DNA of 64,000 nucleotides. Source: Planctomycetota bacterium. Its GTDB lineage: Bacteria > Planctomycetota > JAJSAM01 > JAJVHW01. Both the position numbers and the translations under genes were made by a program. Shown here in pieces: positions 26,443 to 36,430 of this stretch. The stretch spans positions 256,001 to 320,000 of the forward strand of contig CBDFJG010000001.1 in the NCBI GenBank assembly GCA_965248445.1. Direction: 5' to 3'. Position 1 is the stretch's first letter, and the number at the start of each line of letters is the position of its first letter. The notes below the pieces were generated by a model. That model did no database searches. It saw only the letters and a list, made by a program, of their open reading frames with translations, and was not told the origin of the DNA.

Positions 26443-29400
26443 CTACCGTGTAATCACGACGTCTTCGACGCCGCCATTCCGTGCGTGCTCAACATCCATT
26501 TCATATGAACTCCGAGAATCCATGTCTATCCAGCTCGTCTTAAGCGTAGCAGGAAGCTCCCGACCGGGAGACAGCCCGGGCTCCGAAACCCACCCGCCAT
26601 GACCACGCGGATTGGGCACTTGCATCCCCTCGCCGTGGCGCAACAACGCCTCAAGCCTCGAAGCCTTATCGTGAGCGTGATCGTAGACCTCGTCTCGGGT
26701 CGCACCCGGATTCTTCTCTCGATATTCGTCGCCGAACCTGTGCTCAGCCGCTTCGTGATATAGAAGAGCAACGGTATTCAGGGGGTCCTCTCCATCGAAC
26801 CCCTTCTTGTCGCGAACCGCGTTATACTGCGCCCTCGCATCGACATTGACGTACACGTCACCGTTCGCCCCTCTCTGGGCCCACGAGACACCGATTTCCT
26901 CTACCCTGCCGACATCCTCCGGAGAATATGGCGCGAATGTATCCGCGTTGCCTACAAGCCATATCGTGGTTTCCGTCTCATCTCCTAGGTATCCGACAAG
27001 CTTCTTCATGCCACCTTTCAGGCCAGAGCCCTTCGCCTTCACCTCCTGGCCCTTCTTCTTTCCGGATATGTAATACAGCTTGATGTTCCCGTCATCGTCT
27101 ACTCCAAACTCCTTGTCCTTGTGCCGCTTACCCTTCGATCCGTGCAGATCCCTGTTTAGCTGCTTCAAGAACTCCCGTTTTCTCCGCTCGCACTCTTCGT
27201 CACTAACGTTAGAGGGGCATCGCCACTTCACCGTCAGACCCAACGGGTCACTGAGATTCACGGGATCGTGGCGGACGAACGCGGACAGTTTCATACTGTC
27301 GATGAAGCCGAGAGGGTCTGGCTGAAGGAACGCCCCCGTAGTCGGATCGTACGCACGCGCGCGGTAGTGGTAGAGACCGCTCTCGGCGTCGTATTCACGG
27401 CCCTGGAACCCAAACCTGTTTCCTATCGCAGTGCCCCCCGGTAGGGTCGATCCAGTGCCAGTCAGTACACTCAAGGCACCGAACTCATCGTATGTGTACT
27501 GCTCGGCGACTCCCCCAACGGAATCGGTTACAGCGCTTACAGTTCCGTTCAACTTCTCGTGGTAATAGAAGTCCAGGAACTCCAGCGTGTTTCCATCCCC
27601 GTCGTAGTCCATACTATCCTGCCGTGTCATCGAGACACGATCGTCGATCGCGTCCGCAAGCACGTAGTAGGCCGTCATCGCATTGGCTGGCGAACGCTCC
27701 TCGACGATGGCGTTGCCGAAGTACACGAAACGCTTCGCTCCACCGCTCGTCATCTTCTGAGTCCTTCGTCCGAGCGCGTCGTAGTTGTACGCCGCGACCA
27801 CCGCTCCGCTCGCCTTGTTTCGCACCTCTACCAACTGCCCCCTGTAGTCATATGCGAACAGGAGTGTCCCATTGTCAGTCAGGTTCGAGTTCGCGTCGTG
27901 CGTTCGTGTGGTAGTGCCGACACTGGTGTACGTGTTCAGGTTATTGTTCGAGTATGTCGTCGTCGCTGAAGATCCTCCATACGGAGTCACCGCAACCGCG
28001 GATCGATTGCCGACGTCATCGAGCGTGAACGAGATTTGATCCACGAACGACTGAGATCCGGGTGTAGCGACCTCCGCTACCGGATTAACGACTCCGCGGA
28101 GGGTTGAGACAAGACGGTCTGCACTATCGTAGTGATAGACATCGCCAGTCCCGCCAGCATGCAGCCGCTTCTCATAGGCGATGCGATGAAGATCGTCTCG
28201 AGCGTACTCGTAGCCCTGCCACGGTGCGCTCCCTGAGTCGTGGGAAACACCGCTCAGTCTCCGGAATCCGCCATGTGAGGACGTCGTCGTTGTTCCATTC
28301 AGATAGGAGCGCGACGCAATCCTCGCTGACCCTGTCCAGTTCCAGGATGCGCGGATACCCACTCCCACCTCGTGGACCGTCACGGCGCGCCCAAGTGCAT
28401 CGCGGGCATAGGTAAGTTGAGCACCGGACGGCAGCGTAAGCGCGGTCAGTCGTTGCGCGGCATCCCATGCACTCCCAACGGAAACCTCGGAGCCGTCGTA
28501 GAGCGCAGGGCCCTGTCTGTCCAGCAAGACGTTGCCTTCGGAGTCATGCGTCAGTTCTACTCTCGTGTCGTCGTCCGATGCCGCGCTGAGGTTCCCCAAG
28601 TCGTCGTAGGAGTAGGTCTCCGTTGTCGTGCCGAGAACACCTGGGCCACGGGCGATCGTGCGATTCGTAAGACGATGCAACGCGTCGTACGAGCTTGTGA
28701 CAACCGTGCCGTTTGGATCGGATACGGTGACAGGGTTACCCGCGGAATCATATGTCCACTGATGAAGGGTGCCATCCGGGTGCTGGACCATCGTGACCTG
28801 GCCCTTTGAGTCGTGCGTATACACCGTCGTGTTCCCCGCATCGTCCCTCTTCAGGGCTAGATTGCCGTCCACGTCGTAGCCGTACTCGACGTCGATCTCG
28901 CCAGTTTTTACGCCCTGGCTATCGACCACATCACGAGTCACCTTGGTCACGAGTCCGCGCGCGTCGAATATCGACCGCGCGCTGATCCCGTGAGCATTGA
29001 CCATCTCAACCTGGTTACCTCGACTGTCGTACTTAAACGTCGTCAGTAGGACACGCGTTGGGTCGGTCTGATCCACCTCCTCTATCCGTGTCAATCGCCG
29101 GAGGTCGTCGTACGCGAAGTCGGTCGCATAGGGCACCGGCGCCCCCGCTTCGACTTCGGTGCGAACGGCACGAGTCGTCATACCGTCGCGGTCTCGTGTG
29201 AAAGAAGTGTAGTTGCCTAGTGGATCGGTCGTCTTGATGACACCACCAACCATCCCGTACTCATATTCCCATCGCGATCCGGATCGATCCACGTAGGCAC
29301 GCAGCCGGCCGATCCGATCCCACTCGAAGGCTTCAGTCTCGCCCCGGGACTGGCCATTCTCAAAGACTGTCGTTCGCACCTCCTGGAGTGTCGACGACGC

Positions 29401-31793
29401 CGCCCACACCCGCTCCACCTGCGCCAGAAGTGCGTCGCCGGGAGAATAGACAGCGGATACGGTCTCGTTCCCCAGCTTGTCGTACTGATAAGTTTCGTAA
29501 CCTCCGGATGGGCTGTCAAGGCGTTCCATTCGACCGAACTCGTCATATGTATACGCCCAGGCTTCGCCTAGTTCGTCAGTCTTCGACTCGATCAGCCCGG
29601 TAGCGGACACATATGTATACGACGTCGATGACTCTATCGCAGTCCCGGTAGCCTGAACGCCTGAACCGCGGTGAGCAGCCGACCGCTTCGGTCGTATGTA
29701 AACGACGCCTTTGCGCCCGACGGCTCTGTGAGTTCCACTGGTCTACCGCTGGCATCGTATTGCATGTGGCTTGTCGCCACGCTACCCGGATCGATGTCGC
29801 GAGTCACGGAGACGATCCGACCGAAGCTATCGCGAGTGACGACCTCCTCGATCCACGGCATTGCCGCGTCTGTCGTGCCGCTCTCATCCGCATTCCGGAC
29901 TCTGACCTTCTCAAGGGCCTCGCCCGCGTCGTAACTCATAGGTGGTCTCGATTCCGCCGACGGGCCCGCTGATCGCTTCGACCCTACCAAGGGGATTCGT
30001 CGTCTTAGACCACTGCGCACCCTCCGCCGTGGCGGTCGTCGAGTGACCTCCCCAATATGGATCCTGCACGACCGTTGTTGAGATGTTCTCGCCCTGAGGG
30101 TCAAGCGAGATCTTGTCCAACATGTCGACGGATGGTCCTGAGCTATGGTAGGAGAATTCCGTGCGACGCCCCTCCGGATCCACTGTCGCGACGAGCTGGC
30201 CCTTTCCGTTCCACTCATAAGACTGCTCGGAGTAGATTGTTCCGCTCGCGTCGCTCCCGACCGGCTCCCGCTTCAGTACGCGGTTCCCTACGCTATCGTA
30301 CTGAAAGAGGGTCGTCTCGCCGTTCGGATCCGTCCTACTCACGAGATCATCGCCCGACGCGTCGTAGGCGAGTGAAGTCACGATGTCACTGGGCGAGCTG
30401 TTCGGTGTGTCGGCGGACTTGCGAGTGTAAGTCAACGGGTTTCCGCGGGAATTGAGCGTACGGTCGACGCGCTTCGCTATGAGGCAGCTGCCAGAGTACG
30501 AGAACGTCGTCCATCGATCGTCGGAATTGTACGATACATTCGTTGTCGCGGACTGCTCGACACCGTCGTCGTCGTCGTAGTAGTCCGTCTTCTGAACCAG
30601 GTATCCCGATGCGTTGTACGTCTTGTCTACGAGGCGCTTCCCGGTGGCGGCGTCGAAAGCTGTCGTCGTCGTGCCACCTCCACCGGCAGCTGATCTTGTC
30701 AGCGTTCGTGTGCCCTTTGCCGTGCTGATTGAGGATAATGAGCCGAATTGTGGACCACTCGTCAAGTAGCTGAATTCCTTCCGAGTCCGACCGGCTCCGT
30801 CCGTGATACTCACTAGATGGTTCTGTAATCCGGGCGCTTGGTCGTACTGAAGCGTGACCTTGGATCCGGAGGAATTCGAGCCGGTCGACGGCAAGGTGAT
30901 CTCCGTGAGATTATCTTGGCTATCGTAACTGAGACTCGCCTTCTTTCCGTCCGGATACGTTATTGACTTCAGTCTCCCCGTCGAGTGGTAGTCGAACTGA
31001 TACGTATAAGGTGCGCCGCGCCAGTCCGCGACCGAGGTGATCTCTCCTGCCGGCCCGCGGTTGATCGTGAGCGTGTTGCCATGTCGGTCGGAACGAGAGG
31101 TCAGTCTTCCGTTGTTGTCGTAACGATGTTTGGTTTTCGAATCATCCGTTCGTTCGTATCGCGGATTCATCCCAGCGCCGAAATCCATGATGGTCTGATT
31201 CGTTCCTGGCGGGCCGTTGAAGGCATTGCCGCCCGCGGCGGAGAATGAAACGTTGTCGTGCTTGCCGGTGGATAGCGAAACGCCGCCCGATGGCTGCAGG
31301 GTGACTTGTTCGTTGAAGTTCAAGTTCCAGCCCTTCCCGTACTGTCCATTTCGGCCCGTCTCTCCGCTGTTGTACGCGAGTCTCGGTGCGAACTGCGCGG
31401 CTTGTTGTGCCCCTGCGCCAGCTTGACCGGCGAACGCGTTGCGACCCTTGAGATCAAACTTTCCCTTCTGGCTCGCGGGCTTTCCGGGACAGCCGCAGCC
31501 GTCCGGGAGAGATATCTCTTGCTGGTTCTCGCCACAGGGATTGTCCGCACTGCTCGCATTCCCAGAAGTAACCTCACCGCAAGGCCCCTCTCGGACTCTC
31601 CGGTGGCGCCGGATCCGGATGAGGGTTCGGCCTCACAGTCGTCCTCAGCGGTGTCCGACGTTGAAGCTGTCGTACTCCCGCCACCGCCACCGGTTGCCCA
31701 GGCCCAGTGGCCATTGGACGCCGCCGCGACGAACGCGAGCGCAGCCACGATGGAGGCCATGGTCAACGACTGCCGGATTTCGCTTCTTAGCAT
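26443..31793 (-). pseudogene. rhs: Rhs/YD-repeat polymorphic toxin (about 1779 aa when reconstructed), split by three frameshifts
   Basis: Signal peptide, RLAYNS..GQYGKGW (DUF6531-like), many YD repeats, core FQGREYDAESGLYHYRARAYDPTTGAFLQPDPLG..DPVNLSDPLGL, C-terminal HEAAEH; shifts near 31589, 29934 and 29651-29666. Confidence 0.9.
29651..29666. repeat. 8-bp tandem duplication GCCTGAAC x2 that breaks the Rhs frame
   Basis: Removing one unit restores LLTAVQATGTAIESSTSYTYVSATG. Confidence 0.85.
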
Positions 31794-32340
31794 CGGAGTT
31801 CTCCTATCGGGGTCGCTGGACGCCAGGGCGAACTATCGCTTGCTATCGACACGCTCTCACTGTCTTGGCCGGTATTCGGAGGGGTCGCCATCGCTCGCCC
31901 TGGCTTCTCGATGCGCCATCGTGGTTGATGTGGTCATTCGCAACTATCATCTCGACAATACCCAGGCTCGATTCTGAGAGTCGTCGTCTCGCGCGAGATC
32001 GCGATCGCGGCAGCGCACACGAGTTTGGCTGACCCTGTGGGATGACCAAATCGTAGTTCGGCCAGAGCCCGGCGTTGTTGAAGACTGCCTTCAGGCCCTT
32101 CTCGTGCCAGAGCTCCGGGCAGCCCCAATCGCCCGCACGAACGGCCCTCACTGTGCCCGCGAGCCACTCTCCCTCTCGAGAATACTCGGCTGCGGTCCAC
32201 GGCTTCGGGCCGTAGTACGACCGCCTCCGCTGCCTCGTCCAGGTTGTAGGGGTTGCACGAGGCGGAAGAAGCGCGAGTCTCAGGCACTCCCACGTGTGGT
32301 CCTCCCTGGATCGTGCAGTTAGCATAGCAGTACCTGAGAG

Positions 32341-32610
32341 GTGCGCCGCCGAACCGGTGTGTACGACACGGGACGCACCCCCGCGCACGTGCCCCGGCTC
32401 AGGGACATCACGGAGGTGGCGTGCGCAAGCGGCCTCAGTTTCTACGCGCTCCGTCGCGAGGGTGCCCTGTTCGCCGGGGGTTTGAACGATGCCGGTGAGC
32501 TGGGCGACCGGACCAGGATCTCGCGGAGGCGCCCAGTCGCTGTGCACGTTCCGCCGGTGAAGCGACTCTTCGTCGGTCCGTCTCCGGTCCATGTGCTCGC
32601 TACGAAGGGG
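32341..32610 (+). pseudogene. RCC1-repeat protein fragment
   Basis: VPRLRDITEVAC..FYALRREGALFAGGLNDAGELGD. Confidence 0.5.
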
Positions 32611-33046
32611 CAGGGTTGCGTGGCCTATTTGTCATGTATCGCTCACGACACACATGCCAGCCCCGCAGGGCTACCCAGCCACGCCCACGACCCTGGGAGA
32701 GCACATTCGCAAGTGCCGACTGGATCGAGGAGAGCTCCAGAGAGAGGCTGCCAGCCACATCGGCGTGAGCCCGTTCACCCTGATGAACTGGGAGTTGGGC
32801 CACCGTCAACCCAGGTTGGAACATCGCCCTTCCATAGATACGTACCTCGGTTACTGCTTGGTGGAGCCGGCGACCAGGCTGGGCGAGCGACTGGCTCGCT
32901 GGCGTCGTGCCAACGGCGTCTCCCGGAAGGCGCTGGCAACCGAACTGGGCCTCGATGACAGTACGCTCTGGCGGCTGGAGACTGGGATCACCCGGCAGGC
33001 CACGGTCTCGGTGCGCGCTGCGATCAGAGAACTGCTTGGCAACTGA
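32591..33046 (+). CDS. Tandem XRE-type helix-turn-helix protein
   Basis: TLGEHIRKCRLDRG..AASHIGVS..NWELG and LGERLARWRRANGVSRKALATELGLD..WRLETG; start may be ATG 32654. Confidence 0.8.
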   Translation: MCSLRRGRVAWPICHVSLTTHMPAPQGYPATPTTLGEHIRKCRLDRGELQREAASHIGVSPFTLMNWELGHRQPRLEHRPSIDTYLGYCLVEPATRLGERLARWRRANGVSRKALATELGLDDSTLWRLETGITRQATVSVRAAIRELLGN

Positions 33047-33119
33047 GCCGCCACTTGGCGCTGGCGGCGCGTTATCATCGCTCGGGAGGAAGGAGGGCAG
33101 GCGGATGCCCAAACCCAAG

Positions 33120-34619
33120 GTAACCGTTCACCCCTTGACAGCGTGTGAGCCTCAGCGTGCGAGGGGCAGCGGGACCATGACGGGCGGGTCGGCGCCGGTG
33201 AGGTGCGCGGCGACCGAGTCGGCGAGGAAGTCGAAGACTTGGTCGCCACGGCGTCGCAGCGTGGCCGCGGCGGTCAACACGCGCTCGGCGAAGCGGAGTC
33301 CGCGAGCGGACTGGCTTCCGAAGGAGCCCTTGCGCCAGAGCACCGCTTTGCGGACCGCGCGCTCGGCGGCGTTGTTGGTCGGACTCACGTCCTGGGTCCG
33401 CGCATAGGTGAAGAGGGCGACCACGCGGGGGCGCAGATGGTTGGCCAGAGCCGAGTCGTCGTTCGCGATCAGTCGCTCGAGCCGTCCGCGCAGCACAGCG
33501 GCTTCGCCTTGCAGCCGGTCACGGTCGCCGTGCTCACCGAAGAGCCGGTAGCTGCGCATGACCGACTGCGCGATCATGACGCCCTTGTTGCCGAAGCGGC
33601 GATGTCCTCGCGGGCCTTCGGCCAGCGCACGGAAGGCGCGCTCGATGTGCGCCCAGCAGAGCTGGCGGCGGGCAAGTGGGTGTGACTCGTAGGCACCCAT
33701 CCGGTCGCTGATCACCGTGCCACCGAAGCGCCGCCCGATCAGCCGCCCTTTCGCCTTGGCACTGCGGCGGCGATCGATCCCGAAGGCTGTGGCGTGCTCG
33801 CTCTCCGCCGCCCACAGCCAGCACACCCGGCCCCGTTCCTTCCACGACGTCTCGTCCACGTTGGCTCGCAGCGACGTGCGGACTGCCCCGAGGGCTTCGA
33901 GGTACGACGAGTGCAGAGCGTCACTGAGCCGACGCTCACAGTCGCTGATCTTGCCCAGCGACATCTTCACACCGAAGATCTCACCGAGCAGCCGCTGCGT
34001 CTCCCGCACGCTCACGCGGTACACGCCGCGCAGCGCGCCGGCAAGTGTGGTCAGCCGCGGACCGAAGGCCCCGGTCGGCACGCCATCGGGCAGGACCGCC
34101 GTCGTGACCGCACGACAGCGCCGGCACCGCGCCTTGTGCAGCCGGTGCTCCCGCACCGTGACGAGCACGCGCGGGAGCACCGTCACCTGGTGCCGGTACG
34201 GATCGCCGATGCCCTGCTCGAGATCGTCGTGTCCGCACGCGTCGCAGAGGTCGGGACGGTGCTCCTTGGTCTCATCGACGTTGGACGGATCCACCAGCTC
34301 GCGCGCCGTGCCCTCATGGCCCGGCTGTCCGCCCTGCTTGCGACCGCTACGCGGCCTTCGGCCGCGACGGCGCTTGGACCACGCCGGGTCCGACGACGGA
34401 GGCCTCGAGCTGTTGCGGGAGTCACGCTTCAGACGCGACTCGAGCTCGTCGATGCGGCGCAGATGCTTCGCTTCGCGACGCTCCAGCTCCTCGATCCAGG
34501 CCAGAAGGCCCTCGACCATCGCCCGCAGATCCTCGTCCTGCCGCTCGCCCACAACATCTTGATCGACCGATGGCCGAACGATCTGGATCCTGGCTCGCGA
34601 CGAAGGGGTGAACGGTTAC
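33120..34619 (-). mobile_element. IS66-family insertion sequence, copy 2 (inverted), 1500 bp
   Basis: Same terminal IRs and length as 3050-4549. Confidence 0.93.
33152..34552 (-). CDS. tnpC: IS66 transposase TnpC
   Basis: Three visible residue differences from copy 1 (RQQ/RKQ, PDR/PDL, PVA/PLA). Confidence 0.93.
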   Translation of the reverse strand: MGERQDEDLRAMVEGLLAWIEELERREAKHLRRIDELESRLKRDSRNSSRPPSSDPAWSKRRRGRRPRSGRKQGGQPGHEGTARELVDPSNVDETKEHRPDLCDACGHDDLEQGIGDPYRHQVTVLPRVLVTVREHRLHKARCRRCRAVTTAVLPDGVPTGAFGPRLTTLAGALRGVYRVSVRETQRLLGEIFGVKMSLGKISDCERRLSDALHSSYLEALGAVRTSLRANVDETSWKERGRVCWLWAAESEHATAFGIDRRRSAKAKGRLIGRRFGGTVISDRMGAYESHPLARRQLCWAHIERAFRALAEGPRGHRRFGNKGVMIAQSVMRSYRLFGEHGDRDRLQGEAAVLRGRLERLIANDDSALANHLRPRVVALFTYARTQDVSPTNNAAERAVRKAVLWRKGSFGSQSARGLRFAERVLTAAATLRRRGDQVFDFLADSVAAHLTGADPPVMVPLPLAR

Positions 34620-35010
34620 GGAACGCCGCGGTGTCCGCGCGGTCGAGCGCCTCGTAGATCGCGTCGTCGTACTCGAGCAGGATGTCGTCGAGGAGTGACG
34701 AGTACTCACTGTCGCCGTCCAACTCGGCGAGACCCGATCGGGCGAGAACCGTGGCCAGCTTGACCGCGATCTTGCCTTCGCGCCGGAGAGAGTTACGCGG
34801 CTTGCCGACCAGCTTGACGACCTTGCGTAGCGCGCGGAGCTGCCGGCGCTCCTGCCCGGTCAGCTCTCCCTGCGCCTCGAAGTCGGCGATTCCGAGCGCG
34901 GACTCCGCCGCCAGATCCTCGAATGCGATGTCGAGGTCGTCGGCGAACGCAGCCGGCGCCGAGGTGACGAGTGCGATGGCAGACGCGACGAGAACTGTGC
35001 GCACGAGCAT
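34620..35010 (-). pseudogene. Secreted protein truncated by IS66
   Basis: Signal peptide APAAFA; the ORF reads into the IS end after DTAAF. Confidence 0.7.
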
Positions 35011-35134
35011 GGGTCTCTCCCTCCCCGGACGCGCAGCCTGCGCCGGGGGGTCTCAGACCTGGGAATCGGGAGGCCCGGCGCACCGGTTTAGCGCGCTGGG
35101 CCTGCGAAGGCCGCGCAGCCTCGGCTCGTGCCGC

Positions 35135-36298
35135 TTACTTCAGGGCCTTCTTGATCGTGTCGCGCACGATCTCCAGATCGACCGGCGCGCGTCGATTGAT
35201 CGTGTGCGCGAGCAACAGCCTGCCGTCCTTGCCGCGGATCAGGATGAACGGCAGCGCCGACACACCGAGCGTGAGGAGCGCATCGCGGTCCTTGGTGAAC
35301 GCGAGCTGTCCCGTGAACCCGTACTGGTCGGCGTACGACACGCCGAAGTCGCGCTCCGCCTCCGGCGACATGCCCTCCTCGACAAATCCTGTGTCCGGAT
35401 CCTTCTTGTAGTACGTCGATACGCCCAGCACGGTCACGCCGTCCTTGGGCGGGAACTCGTCCCACAGCGACTGCAGCGTCTCCATCGTCCACTGCAGCGA
35501 CGCGGCGCTGACGTTCCAGAATCCCATCACGACCACCCGGCCCTCGAGGTCTGGCGCCTCGCCGCCCGTGAATGCGTCGAATTCGAACGCGATCTGCTCG
35601 CCATGCTTCTTCGTGATCGCGAGCAGGACGTCGCGCGCGGGACTGTGGCCGGCCTCCCCGGAGATCTCGATGGCGTACTCCACCGCCGCCACGGCCTTCT
35701 CCTTCTCGCCGACCATGAGCCACGAGTTGACGAGCGACTTGAGTGCGGCCGCGTTCTTCATCTTGAGCGCAACGTCGAGAGCCTGGGCGGACTTGGTCCA
35801 CTCCTTCTCGGCGCGCAGCCCCAGACCGAGCGACATGGCGGCGATCTTCAGGTTCTTCTCGCCTTCGTACGTGCCCTTCATCTCCTCGAAGTACGTGAAT
35901 GCCTTGCGGGCCTGGCCGCCCGCGATGAGGGCGCGCACGTAGAAGAGGAAGATGGTCGATGGGTAGGCCGTCTTCCCCTTGTGGGCGATGGCCTTCTCGA
36001 GCGTCGCGATCGCTTCGGTGTGCATTCCGCCGAGGCTCTGCATGCGGCCGAGGATTGCGGTGTTCATCTTGGACAGTTCTTTGGTGCTGAGCGCGGCGCT
36101 CTTCGACCGGACGAAGTCTTCGAGCTTCTTCTGCGCCGCAGCGCGCGCCTCCTCGGTCGCAGCCCGTTTCACGGTCTTCGCGAGGGCGTTGGCTTCCTTG
36201 TATGCGTCATTGGCCTCGGAGGCGTGCGCAGGAGTTGCGCTCAGGAGCAGTGCGAACACGGCGAGTAGCGCGAGACGGGTCAGCTTGAGCATGGTCAC
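35135..36298 (-). CDS. Secreted TPR-like plus TlpA/redoxin-fold protein lacking CxxC
   Basis: Signal peptide, helical repeats, DLEGRVVVMGFWNVSAASL, TVLGVS, GVSALPFILIRGKDG. Confidence 0.75.
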   Translation of the reverse strand: MTMLKLTRLALLAVFALLLSATPAHASEANDAYKEANALAKTVKRAATEEARAAAQKKLEDFVRSKSAALSTKELSKMNTAILGRMQSLGGMHTEAIATLEKAIAHKGKTAYPSTIFLFYVRALIAGGQARKAFTYFEEMKGTYEGEKNLKIAAMSLGLGLRAEKEWTKSAQALDVALKMKNAAALKSLVNSWLMVGEKEKAVAAVEYAIEISGEAGHSPARDVLLAITKKHGEQIAFEFDAFTGGEAPDLEGRVVVMGFWNVSAASLQWTMETLQSLWDEFPPKDGVTVLGVSTYYKKDPDTGFVEEGMSPEAERDFGVSYADQYGFTGQLAFTKDRDALLTLGVSALPFILIRGKDGRLLLAHTINRRAPVDLEIVRDTIKKALK

Positions 36299-36430
36299 CT
36301 CCGGTCAGGGCCGCCGGCGCCGACGCTACCAGAGCCGGCGCGGCGGTCGAACGATCCGAACGGATCGAAGCGGCACAGGATCGGAGTCCCATCCCGTAGC
36401 CTCGCCGCGCCCGCCACGAGGAGGACCCCG

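Noticed and set aside
31320..31590. PVKLAQG in ORF 31320-31793 as the Rhs DPVxxxxG motif
   Set aside because: The alternative frame (GPCGEVTSG..RLAYNS) is open, more protein-like and continuous with the downstream Rhs ORF
26443..31793. T6SS-delivered Rhs
   Set aside because: No PAAR, VgrG or EagR seen; a signal-peptide-like N-terminus is present instead
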